Below, in pieces: positions 53,602-62,850 of a DNA stretch of 64,000 nt. A program made the position numbers and the translations under genes. How positions within the stretch are numbered: the stretch's first letter is position 1; each line of letters begins with the position of its first letter. Under the pieces are notes generated by a model, which worked only from the letters and a program-made list of their open reading frames with translations, had not been told where the DNA came from and searched no databases. The DNA lies in contig CAVVOB010000035.1 in NCBI GenBank assembly GCA_963749655.1, forward strand, positions 29,932-93,931, given 5' to 3'. Source of the stretch: Nitrospirota bacterium. Lineage in GTDB: Bacteria > Nitrospirota > UBA9217.

Positions 53602-53738
53602 TGCATGGGCATTGGGCATAGGGCATAGGGCATGGGGAAAGCCTATGTAGGTTGCGGTTCGCAGTTTGTGGTTTTTAACTAGAAACGAGAAACCAGAAAC
53701 TGAATCGCTCTTTGTGCTATGCGCTCTGCTCTCTGCGG
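53602..53738. repeat. Nested inverted heptamer tandem repeats
   Basis: GGGCATT-GGGCATA-GGGCATA-GGGCATG ... TGCTATG-CGCTCTG-CTCTCTG; inner GGTTGCG-GTTCGCA-GTTTGTG / CTAGAAA-CGAGAAA-CCAGAAA. Confidence 0.75.
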
Positions 53739-54832
53739 TTTTGTTTTACCTGTCTTGCCTGCTCGAACGCCAGCGTCTTGTTTCTCCCGCCTGTTTTTGC
53801 GGCATAGAGCGCCTCGTCGACGCGGATGAGAAGATCCTCCATGGTCGCCGCGTCGACAGGATAGGTGCAGATGCCGCCGCTGATCGTGATCCGGATCGGA
53901 CTGCTGCTGATCCCGACGAACTCGTTTTCCTCGATCTTTTTCCGGATGCGTTCGGCCATCTCCCGCTCCGAGCCGTTGCTCTCGGGCATCAGGACCACGA
54001 ATTCCTCGCCTCCGTACCGCGCCACCGTGTCCATCCTGCGCGCATTCATCCGCAGGATCGCCGCGACGGCCTTTAGGAGCGCATTGCCTTTTTCGTGGCC
54101 GTAGGTGTCGTTCACCTGCTTGAAGCGGTCGAGATCGAACAGGATCACGGAGAAGTGCGACTTGTCGCGGTCCGCCCGGTACTGTTCATGCCTCAAGCGG
54201 TCGATGAAGTGGGCGTGGTTGTAAAGGCCCGTAAGATGGTCAGTGATCGAGGCCCGGCGAAAATCCGCCATGACCTTCATGGTGAACTGTTCGCCGCGGG
54301 CGAAGATGGATCCGTAGAGCGAGGTGGCCACGAGGGAGATGAGCCCGAGGACCAGCCGGTTCGCCATGTCCGGTCCGACTCCGGGCGTGTCACGAACGAG
54401 GAGGTAGACGAAGAACACCCCCATGGGGGCCTGGAGCAGGAGTGACTGCTTGAATCCGAACCGCATGGCCGTCGCGAAGAGGGTAAGATACCAGATGAAG
54501 AGGAAGGGGCTGTTGACGCCGTCGGTGTAATACAGGCCCACGGCAACGGCAACCATGTCGAGATAAAGAAAAAGCAGCGTCAGCCGCGTCGAAAAGAAGC
54601 GCGTCCTGGTAAGGTACAGATGGATCCCGACATTGTAGATCGCTGCGATCACGAGCAGCCGGTTGAACAGGCCGAGGGGCCAGTTCGTCAGGTGCAGGAG
54701 ATTCAGGTACAGGAACAGGAACCCGATGACGAACCACCGGGACTTCGTGATCATGAGCTCCATGTTTCGGTAGTTCTGCACTCGCACAAACTCGCAGGAT
54801 GCGTCGTCCTGCTCTTCGATCGTGTTGTTCAC
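53717..54832 (-). CDS. Membrane diguanylate cyclase (GGDEF)
   Basis: Five to six TMs; DHLTGLYN, DLDRFKQVNDTYGH, RRMD I-site, RYGGEEF. Confidence 0.93.
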   Translation of the reverse strand: MNNTIEEQDDASCEFVRVQNYRNMELMITKSRWFVIGFLFLYLNLLHLTNWPLGLFNRLLVIAAIYNVGIHLYLTRTRFFSTRLTLLFLYLDMVAVAVGLYYTDGVNSPFLFIWYLTLFATAMRFGFKQSLLLQAPMGVFFVYLLVRDTPGVGPDMANRLVLGLISLVATSLYGSIFARGEQFTMKVMADFRRASITDHLTGLYNHAHFIDRLRHEQYRADRDKSHFSVILFDLDRFKQVNDTYGHEKGNALLKAVAAILRMNARRMDTVARYGGEEFVVLMPESNGSEREMAERIRKKIEENEFVGISSSPIRITISGGICTYPVDAATMEDLLIRVDEALYAAKTGGRNKTLAFEQARQVKQNRREQSA

Positions 54833-54953
54833 GGTGCTTCCTTAAACGTCCTGCCGCCGCACATCGCCGCCCCTCCGGCCGGTGCCGATGACGATGGGTA
54901 TCGTTTCCCGGTACTAATGCAAACGAAGTAAATATTGTTACATCCAGAAAAGT

Positions 54954-55004
54954 CCCCCCTCGCCCAACCCTCTCCCCTCTGGGGAGAGGACTAAGGTGAG
55001 GGGG
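54954..55004. repeat. CCCTCTCCC-type palindromic repeat (same family as the inner element at 37945-38038)
   Basis: CCCCCCTCGCC-CAAC-CCTCTCCCC-TCT-GGGGAGAGG-ACTAA-GGTGAGGGGG. Confidence 0.7.
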
Positions 55005-55103
55005 CAAAGCAGTATCGAATTTAAATGCGTTTGTATTAGCTACTACTATAAGCATATATCAGGCAAGAAGGGGTTTCAAGGGCAGGGGGCTCTATTGCGT
55101 CTC

Positions 55104-57002
55104 CTACGATGCCATCCAGCCCGCGTACTTCTTCCTGAGCGATTCCTGCGCCGACAGGGTAAGCCTGAAGCACTCCTTCAGCTGTCGGGCCTCCAGTTTT
55201 CCGAGGCCGTCGGGATGGATGAAATTGTCGGGCTCTTTCCCTTCCCCAAGCTGCTGGAACTGGTGGCGGAGCCTGAGCGACATCAGGAATTCGAAGGCCT
55301 GCTCGAGCTCGCGAAAAAGCGCGCTTCCTTCGCCGGGCCGGTCGCCAAGCTCCCTGAGCCTGGCGGCTGTGGAGGTGTGATATACCCGGCCGTCGAGGGC
55401 GGCCAGCCTGGCGATGTCGATGACCGGGCTGATGCCGTTGATCTTGATGTTGAATGCGCCCTTATGCGCGCCTGTCGTTTCCCTGATGAACCTGTTGAAC
55501 AATCCCAGAGGCGGACTGTTGCGGAGCACCGTGTCCGCCATATGGGCGAGAAACGTGCCGCTCTCCTTGACGGCGCGTCCGAGGTAGGCCCGGAGCTGCT
55601 CGCCCAGGAGCAGGTTCCCGTGGACAGGCCGGAAATCGAAGAAGATAAGAGACCGCAGGATCGCCTCAGGCAGGGGGGTGCTGATCCAGTCTGAGAAATA
55701 GCGCTTCCACATTGAGAGGGGCTGGCGCCATTTCTCGTTGCTCGCCATATAGTCGGCGCAGCAGGGCGGGAACCCGCAGCGCGCAAGACCGTCGCGCATG
55801 CGATCGGAGAACTCTGCAAAGTAGGCCCGGACCTCGTCGTCCCTGCCCTCAACGTCCTGGTATATGATGGCGTTGTCCTGGTCCGTCTTGAAGGTCTGCT
55901 CTTTTCTCCCTTCGCTGCCGAAGACGATCCAGCAGTACTCGACGGGCGGCGGGCCGAGCCTCGCCTCGGTGATTTCCAGGACTTTTTTAACCAGGCGGTC
56001 GTTGATCTCCGTCATGATCCGCGTAATGTGGCCCGCTTTCGCGCCCTCCCGGACGAGGAGGGAGATGATCGTGTTCATCTTTCGCGCAGCCGGCGCGAGG
56101 CCGTCGATGGTGTCCTGGTTCTCGATGTCCCGGGCAACGGACAGGGGCGAGGCGCCCTGCAGCATCATGAGGTCGTGGTTCGTGATGATCCCGCAGAGCT
56201 TACCCTTGTCCACCACGAGAAGGTGGTGGATGTTGTACCGCAGCATTTTCAGGAGCGCTTCAAAGCAGTAATCGCGAGCCTCGGCCTTGATGATCGAAAC
56301 GCTCATGACATCGCCCACGCGGCTGTCGAGGCTGCGGCCTTTTGCGCAGACACGGCTCCTCAGGTCCCGGTCCGTCACCATGCCCGAAGGATAGCCGCAG
56401 GAGTCGAGCAGGACGAGGGAGCTGATGTTCCGGTCGGCCATGATCGCGGCGGCCTCCCGGATAGAAAGCTCTTCCGATGCCGTGACCACCTGCCGGGTGG
56501 CGAGATCGGCAAGGACGTTGGTGAACAGGAGCTTGTCGCCGCCCCCGTACAAGAGCGTCCGGTCGCGGATCTCCCGGTAGGTCATGTCCGCGAGGCGCCG
56601 GAGCCGCGAACGAAAGCAGAAGTCGGAGAATTCGGCGTTGGTGCGCAGGAGCCGCAGCACGGTTTCCTTGTCGATGCACAGGCATGTCGTGTCTTCGACG
56701 GCGACGATCGTGTCCCGGGAAATGTCGCCGCAGGCGAAGGAGAGCAGGCCGAAGAAGTCCCCCCTGGTCCGGTAGTCGACCAGCACTTCTTCGCCCTCGT
56801 TCGTCCTGATGAATACCTTGACCGCCCCGCTCGCGACGATGCTGAGGCGCTCGGCAGCGGGCCCGTGCTGGTGGTGAATGGTCGTTCCTTTCGGGTGGAA
56901 GTCGAGGACGGCTTCCGACGCAAGTTCTGCGAGGACCGCCTCCTCGAGGAGGGAGAAGGGGGGAGTCTGCCTGAAGAGCTGAAGTGTGTCGTCAGTGTCC
57001 AT
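55104..57002 (-). CDS. cNMP-binding/CBS/DUF294 nucleotidyltransferase-like protein
   Basis: N-terminal cNMP domain, GMVTDRDLR and IHHLLV CBS pair, FGSEGRKEQT..TDQDNA, IFFDFR. Confidence 0.92.
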   Translation of the reverse strand: MDTDDTLQLFRQTPPFSLLEEAVLAELASEAVLDFHPKGTTIHHQHGPAAERLSIVASGAVKVFIRTNEGEEVLVDYRTRGDFFGLLSFACGDISRDTIVAVEDTTCLCIDKETVLRLLRTNAEFSDFCFRSRLRRLADMTYREIRDRTLLYGGGDKLLFTNVLADLATRQVVTASEELSIREAAAIMADRNISSLVLLDSCGYPSGMVTDRDLRSRVCAKGRSLDSRVGDVMSVSIIKAEARDYCFEALLKMLRYNIHHLLVVDKGKLCGIITNHDLMMLQGASPLSVARDIENQDTIDGLAPAARKMNTIISLLVREGAKAGHITRIMTEINDRLVKKVLEITEARLGPPPVEYCWIVFGSEGRKEQTFKTDQDNAIIYQDVEGRDDEVRAYFAEFSDRMRDGLARCGFPPCCADYMASNEKWRQPLSMWKRYFSDWISTPLPEAILRSLIFFDFRPVHGNLLLGEQLRAYLGRAVKESGTFLAHMADTVLRNSPPLGLFNRFIRETTGAHKGAFNIKINGISPVIDIARLAALDGRVYHTSTAARLRELGDRPGEGSALFRELEQAFEFLMSLRLRHQFQQLGEGKEPDNFIHPDGLGKLEARQLKECFRLTLSAQESLRKKYAGWMAS

Positions 57003-57098
57003 AAAAAATGGAAACGCCGGTGGAGCCTGTGACGATCCGGCTTGGCGAAATGGAACAGCCTCCCCATGCGACTTCCCGCAGCTTCCGGGGCTGCGGCG

Positions 57099-57470
57099 TC
57101 AGGAACGCTGCATATCGAGGGCCTTTCGTACGGCCCTTTTCATCTCGTCATGCATGAGGGGTTTGATGATGAAATCGCAGGCCCCGGCCTTGATGGCTTC
57201 GACAGCCGACGTGAGCGAAGCATAGGCCGTGATGACCATCACTTTCTGGGAAGGCGTTGTTTTGCGGTACCGCGTCAGGAGCTCGATGCCGCTGATGCCG
57301 GGAAGAATGATATCGGTGATGATGAGGTCGTAGGTGCGGGTCTCAAGAAGGGTGAAGGCGGATTCGGCGCTGAATGCGATATCCACCTCGTAGCCTTCGC
57401 GGACGAACACGCGCTGTAATGACTCGCAGAGGGTGTCTTCGTCCTCCACTATGAGCAGTCGTTCAGCCAT
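57099..57470 (-). CDS. Single-domain response regulator
   Basis: LLIVEDE, DLIITD, VITAY, FIIKP. Confidence 0.9.
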   Translation of the reverse strand: MAERLLIVEDEDTLCESLQRVFVREGYEVDIAFSAESAFTLLETRTYDLIITDIILPGISGIELLTRYRKTTPSQKVMVITAYASLTSAVEAIKAGACDFIIKPLMHDEMKRAVRKALDMQRS

Positions 57471-57654
57471 GATGCCTTTCGCCGGGAAGCTCGTTGATAC
57501 GGGATATCAAAGAAGGGCCTTGTCGTGGTGAGTAAAAATATTATACCACGACTTTATGCGGCAGTACACCGGATAATTGAAGGGGGAAGGCGGGTGGCTC
57601 CCCCTGCGCTCCGGCATTGCCGGCGCGGCGCGGGTTTATGCTATACTCCAAATC

Positions 57655-58857
57655 ATGATCGTCATCGAGCAGTTCAAGGGGAGATCGGTGATCGACCAGC
57701 GGGTCGAGATCGTCGAGCGCAAGGGCAGGGGACACCCCGACTATCTGTGCGACGCCATGATGGAGGCCGTTTCCATCGCCTTGTGCCGCGAATACCTCCG
57801 CGAGTTCGGCACGATCCTCCATCATAATATCGACAAGGGGCTGCTCGCCGCAGGCAGGACCGAGAAGCGCTTCGGCGGGGGCAGGGTCGTGAAGCCCATG
57901 GAGCTGACCATCGGCGACCGGGCTGCGGTCTCCGCTGGAGGGAAATCAATTCCGGTGCCCGAAATTGCCGTGGCAGCGGCGAAGGCCTGGCTTGCCGCGA
58001 ACATGCGGCTCGTGGACCCGGAAGAGCACGTGAACTACCGCGTCGTGCTTGCGCCCGGCTCCGAGGAGCTGACGGACATCTTTTCCCGGGCCGGCGCCGT
58101 GAGGAGCGCCAACGACACGTCCGCGGCAGTGGGTTACTACCCGCTGAGCCCCCTGGAGCGTCTGGTGCTCGAAATGGAGCAGTATCTGAATTCACCGTCC
58201 TTCAAGAAGAAGTACCCCGAGACCGGCGAGGACATCAAGGTGATGGGCCTGCGCACGGGCAAGGCCGTCGACCTTACCGTCGCCATGCCGCTCATCTGCA
58301 GGTACATCGGATCGGAACGCGAGTATTTCGAGCGGAAGCACATCATTCATCAGGAGTTGCGGAAGTTCGCCGGGAAATCACGGGACTTCGGGAGCGTCCG
58401 CATCCATTGCAACACGCTCGATGCGGAAGGCAGGGGGCTGAACGGCGTGTATCTGAGTCTGCTGGGCACTTCGGCCGAAGACGCGGATTCGGGCCAGGTG
58501 GGACGGGGCAACCGCGTGAACGGGCTCATCTCCATGAACAGGCCCATGGGCACCGAGGCCGCGGCGGGCAAGAACCCCGTGAGCCACGTGGGCAAGATCT
58601 ACAACGTGCTGGCGCACAGGATCGCCCGGCAGCTCTACGAGAAGGTGGACGGTCTGCGCGAGGTGTACGTGCTGCTCCTCAGCAGGATCGGCACGCCGAT
58701 CAACGAGCCCCAGGTTGCCACGGCGCAGGTGCTGCTCGAACGGGGCAGAACGGTGCGCGATGTCGTCAAGCCTGCCGAGGAGATCTTCAGCCGCGCCTTT
58801 GCGAACATCAGCCGGTTCTGCATGGAGCTCAGCGCGGGGAAGTATCCGATCTGTTGA
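57655..58857 (+). CDS. mat: Archaeal-type S-adenosylmethionine synthetase, probably leaderless
   Basis: VEIVERKGRGHPD, HHNIDK, ANDTS, GEDIKVMG, DSGQVGRGNRVNG, AGKNPVSHVGKIYN; TGCTATACT 7 nt before ATG. Confidence 0.92.
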   Translation: MIVIEQFKGRSVIDQRVEIVERKGRGHPDYLCDAMMEAVSIALCREYLREFGTILHHNIDKGLLAAGRTEKRFGGGRVVKPMELTIGDRAAVSAGGKSIPVPEIAVAAAKAWLAANMRLVDPEEHVNYRVVLAPGSEELTDIFSRAGAVRSANDTSAAVGYYPLSPLERLVLEMEQYLNSPSFKKKYPETGEDIKVMGLRTGKAVDLTVAMPLICRYIGSEREYFERKHIIHQELRKFAGKSRDFGSVRIHCNTLDAEGRGLNGVYLSLLGTSAEDADSGQVGRGNRVNGLISMNRPMGTEAAAGKNPVSHVGKIYNVLAHRIARQLYEKVDGLREVYVLLLSRIGTPINEPQVATAQVLLERGRTVRDVVKPAEEIFSRAFANISRFCMELSAGKYPIC

Positions 58858-58876
58858 GAATCGCTTTCAGCTGTCA

Positions 58877-59167
58877 TTACCTGCCCTTTCCCGTCTTTTC
58901 GGCCACTTCCTGTTCCCCCACTAAAAGCTCGCGCGATTGTTCCTTGTCCATTTTGAGCAGCAGGGCCTGGAATTCTCCGACGTGGGTCTTTTCCTCGCGC
59001 GCGATGTCGAGCAGGATCGTGCGAATCGCCTTGCTGCGCGTTACGGCGGCCATCTGTTCGTAGAGGTTGATTGCATCCAGTTCCGCGATGATTCCCGTCC
59101 GGAGAATTTCCTTGTCCACGTCTTCCTTCGCGATTTTGTCGAGCTGCAGGGGGATTTTTGAAAGCAT
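58877..59167 (-). CDS. Short ferritin-like protein
   Basis: AELDAINLYEQ...DIAREEKTHVGEF. Confidence 0.85.
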   Translation of the reverse strand: MLSKIPLQLDKIAKEDVDKEILRTGIIAELDAINLYEQMAAVTRSKAIRTILLDIAREEKTHVGEFQALLLKMDKEQSRELLVGEQEVAEKTGKGR

Positions 59168-59280
59168 GGCGCCGTCTCCTTGTGGGGGAATGAAAAGCTT
59201 TATACGAGTATACCAGACAGGGCACGGGAAATGGGCGCATCGATATCGGTTCCGGGAACGACAGCGAAGGCCGCCCCCCG

Positions 59281-60024
59281 TCAGTTGAGCCCCTTGGTGA
59301 TCTCCTTCTTGATGAAGCGGCGTATGGCATCCTGGTCCTGGGGGGAGATGGCGACGAATTGCAGGCCCATGCCCGGCTCGTCATCGGCCGTGTCGCCGGC
59401 GTCGTGCGTGTAGATGACCTCTGCTTCCGCGGACAAGGTCCTGTCGCCGAGCTGGACCCGGACCGGGAGCCTCGTTTTGAGCGGCTGGGGATCGAGGGTG
59501 CGGACATATACGCCGTGCTCCGACAGGACTGATGCGCATTCGCCTTCAACGCACTCCACGGTCCGGTTGCGCACGGTCACCGCGAGCCGGGTATTGATCC
59601 GGATGTTCATGCGGGGGACCGGCTCGATGGCCACCTGGATCACGCGGTAGAGGTCCTCTGCCTGGACGGGCTGTGCCAGACAGGTGACTGCGCCGGCATT
59701 GAGACATTCCCGTTCATCGAATCGGTCGGTTTTGTCGGTCAGCACGATCACGGGAATGTCGCGCGACGTCGCGTCTTCCTTCAGCTGCCTGATAAGCTCG
59801 CGGCCGGGAATGTCGTTCAGGAACTGGGCGGTCACGATCAGCGCAGGAAGGGCCACGCCGGTCATTTCGATTACTTCGGTCCCCGTGCGGGCGGGCCAGA
59901 CATTGTACTGAAACCGCTGCAGAAGCGTGGTCGTGTAAAAGAGGCGCCGGACATCGCTGTCCGCCACCTGCAGGAACCGGTGGCGGGCGGCCGGATGGGG
60001 GTTAAGAGAACCTGCAATCGTCAT
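59281..60024 (-). CDS. Degenerate REC plus PilZ domain protein
   Basis: DIPVIVLT, GAVTCL.QP; RMNIR (RxxxR), LSEHG, PGMGLQF. Confidence 0.8.
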   Translation of the reverse strand: MTIAGSLNPHPAARHRFLQVADSDVRRLFYTTTLLQRFQYNVWPARTGTEVIEMTGVALPALIVTAQFLNDIPGRELIRQLKEDATSRDIPVIVLTDKTDRFDERECLNAGAVTCLAQPVQAEDLYRVIQVAIEPVPRMNIRINTRLAVTVRNRTVECVEGECASVLSEHGVYVRTLDPQPLKTRLPVRVQLGDRTLSAEAEVIYTHDAGDTADDEPGMGLQFVAISPQDQDAIRRFIKKEITKGLN

Positions 60025-60147
60025 AGTGAAAACTTCCTATAAAGATCAGGAAAAGGCAAGTATTCGGAAGGAGTATTCCTTTTGGGGGTACCCGATGCCT
60101 TGGCAGTTGAAGGGCTTCGGGCATGCTGTTACGGCCTCACTTGCCGG

Positions 60148-60822
60148 TTAGTGGTCCCTCACGACCACTGCAAGTTTTTTCACCACGTCCCTGGCGTTGA
60201 CACCCGGGATCCTCATCGCCGCAAGGTCCGCCATCGCCTGCTGATACTCGTCCTTTACCACGACCTTCCTGGAGGGGTAGCCGAACTTGTTCGGCTTTGT
60301 GTTCTTCAGGTCATGCCGGTACTCGACCGTGCCGATATACACGGCCCTGGCTTTTGCAGGAACGACGATCTTCACGTCGCCGTAGAGCATGATATAGGTG
60401 ATGTCCACGCCGCCCGGTCCGGGTGAACCGGCCCGTGCCGTGCCGTAGGTGTATCTGCGGGAATCGAGCATGAACGTTCCGAGCCGCGCGTAGCGCGTGC
60501 CGGGGGGCACGGGAATGAACGATGTCTTCGTGTAACTCCAGTCCATCTGCTCGGTCGCGCTGAAGGGCATGAGGGCCTCCCTGTCGAGGGGTTCTGCAGC
60601 GTCAGCGGCAAAGTTCATTTTGATCACGCCCTTGTGGGTCCCGTTAACGGCCTGGACAGCGATGTTCCCCTGGTCCATGAGAGGATCGATGGTGAATTTT
60701 CCGATGAGCAGCACGGTCTGGACAGGAAGGGCGTCGCCCTTGTCGAGCGCTTCACGAAAAGGGGAGGAACAGGCGAGCAGAAAAAAAAGACATATGCATG
60801 CCGTGAACAATACTCTTCTCAT
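60148..60822 (-). CDS. Hypothetical lipoprotein (paralog of the next gene)
   Basis: LLAC lipobox; PAKARAVYIGTVEYRHD, VKKLAVV. Confidence 0.7.
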   Translation of the reverse strand: MRRVLFTACICLFFLLACSSPFREALDKGDALPVQTVLLIGKFTIDPLMDQGNIAVQAVNGTHKGVIKMNFAADAAEPLDREALMPFSATEQMDWSYTKTSFIPVPPGTRYARLGTFMLDSRRYTYGTARAGSPGPGGVDITYIMLYGDVKIVVPAKARAVYIGTVEYRHDLKNTKPNKFGYPSRKVVVKDEYQQAMADLAAMRIPGVNARDVVKKLAVVVRDH

Positions 60823-60897
60823 GAGGCCTCCTTGTGATTCGGGAATGACGTCAGGGCCCGTCGGTCTTTCCGGAAGGAATCACCGGTCCGACGTTGT

Positions 60898-61509
60898 TTA
60901 TTTGACAACCGCGGCAAGTTTTTTCGTCATGCCGCCTTTCACGCCGCTGATCTTCATCTTCGCAAGATCGCGGGCCGCACTGTCATACTCATCGCGGATG
61001 GAAACCGAGGTCGTTCGCTTCCCATCGTGGCGATAAACGATGGTGCCGATATACACGGCCTGCGCCTTTCCGGGAACATCGAGCCTGATGTTCCTGTACA
61101 CGCGCAGGACCTCGTAAATCGGCTGTCCTGCCGCAGGTCCGTTGATGTGATGACCGACGACCTTCATCACCTGGCCCGACCGGATGAAGCGGACCCCAGC
61201 GGGAACCGGAAAAAAGAAGGTCTCGTTGAGGACCGGCGCGATGGCCTCTGCCGGCATGTAGATCTCGCCTTCTTTGACCTGCGCGCTCAGGTCCGGGGTC
61301 ATGCCGATCTGGATGTCCAGGGGCTCATCATCAACCTTCTTTTTCCCCATGGTTTCAAAGGACGGTTCAAGAACGACCTTGCCGACGATGATCACTGTCC
61401 CGGCCGGGACCTCGTCGCCTTTCTTGAGAGCTTCGGTAAAAGAAGGACCGCAGGCGGCAACAACAATTACGAACAAGAGCGTGCTGACAAACGTCGCTTT
61501 TCTCCGCAT
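60898..61509 (-). CDS. Hypothetical lipoprotein
   Basis: VAAC lipobox; PGKAQAVYIGTIVYRHD, TKKLAAV. Confidence 0.7.
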   Translation of the reverse strand: MRRKATFVSTLLFVIVVAACGPSFTEALKKGDEVPAGTVIIVGKVVLEPSFETMGKKKVDDEPLDIQIGMTPDLSAQVKEGEIYMPAEAIAPVLNETFFFPVPAGVRFIRSGQVMKVVGHHINGPAAGQPIYEVLRVYRNIRLDVPGKAQAVYIGTIVYRHDGKRTTSVSIRDEYDSAARDLAKMKISGVKGGMTKKLAAVVK

Positions 61510-61740
61510 CTTCTTTCGCTTCCTCCCCGGGTAAAGATTTCCGCAGAAATTCCGCACTCTAGTATAGTCAACCAGAGTATCAGGTCAAAATTATGAAATG
61601 AGGTCAAGCGGTCATGACGGGAGGTGGTTGCAATGATTGTCTGGCCGCGAGGAAGGGCCTCCCGCAGACGACATTACTATAATTTGACGAATTAGGCAAG
61701 GGGTTCGACAGGGGATTTTGGGGGAGGCGTAGAAATGTCC

Positions 61741-61780
61741 GTAGTTGTGAGTTCTTAGTTTTTAGTTTTGAGTTGAAATT
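61741..61780. repeat. Heptamer tandem repeat
   Basis: AGTTGTG-AGTTCTT-AGTTTTT-AGTTTTG-AGTTGAA. Confidence 0.65.
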
Positions 61781-61895
61781 CGGTAAGCGGCTGCTGCGGG
61801 GTTCAAAGTCCATTTCCAGGGTCAGGCTGCGGGATAGCGTTTCTCACTTCTGAAGATCCTGCTGTGGTATGCTAAAAGAAGGAGAGCTTTGGAGC

Positions 61896-62629
61896 ATGTC
61901 GCGGACCATCCTGATCATCGAAGACGACGAGGACATCGCCAGGCTGGTGAAAATGCACCTCGAGGACGCCGGCTTTGCGGTGCGCACGGCGCTTGACGGC
62001 ACGAACGGGCTTGAGCTGGCGTTGTCGCGATCCTTTGACCTCATCATCCTGGACATCATGCTCCCCGGCGTGGACGGCCTGGAGATCTGCCGCCGCGTGC
62101 GGGCGTCGTCCGCCGCCACGCCGATCCTGATGCTCACCGCCAGGTCCGCGGAGATCGACCGCGTGCTCGGTCTGGAGATCGGGGCGGACGATTATCTGAC
62201 CAAGCCCTTCAGCATCCGCGAGCTGCTGGCGCGGGTCAAGGCCCTGTTCCGCCGCGCCGAGGCCCAGGGCGCTGGCGCGGTGCCCGATGATCACAACGGT
62301 CATCAACATCGGCGACCTGGTCATCGATGCGGACAAGCGGCAGGGTCCTGCTCAATGGAAAACCGAGTGTCGCTCACCGCAAAGGAGTTCGACCTTCTGT
62401 CTCCAGTTCGTGAAGCATCCCGGCCGGGTTTACACGCGGCTGGAGCTTTTGAACTCCGTATGGGGCTACGGATACGAGGGCTACGAGCATACGGTCAATT
62501 CCCACATCAACCGTCTTGCGCGCCAAGATCGAGGAGGACCCGGCACGGCCGCGGTACATCCTGAGCGTGCGGGGCGTGGGCTACAAGTTCGCCGAGGTCT
62601 CGGACCTGGAGGGAAAGGCGCATGTTTAA
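61896..62629 (+). CDS. OmpR family response regulator (frameshifted)
   Basis: ILIIEDD, DLIILDIMLP, GADDYLTKPF, LTAKEFDLL, TVNSHINRL, GVGYKF. Confidence 0.9.
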
Positions 62630-62850
62630 GAACCTGTATACACGGCTGGCCGCGGTCCTGCTCGGACTGTTCCTGCTGATCGGCGTCCTGTACATCCTGC
62701 TGACGCTCTACACCACCCGGCTCTATTTCCAGGAAGTGAACCAGAAGCTGAACCGCATCCTGGCACAGCACCTGGTCTCGGAGCAGATCCTCCTGAAGAA
62801 CGGCCAAGTCGACGAAGGGGCGCTGAAGAACATCTTCCACATGCTCATGG
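62622..62850 (+). CDS. Cognate sensor kinase, N-terminal fragment cut by the foldback junction
   Basis: MFKNLYTRLAAVLLGLF TM segment; overlaps the regulator stop codon. Confidence 0.6.
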
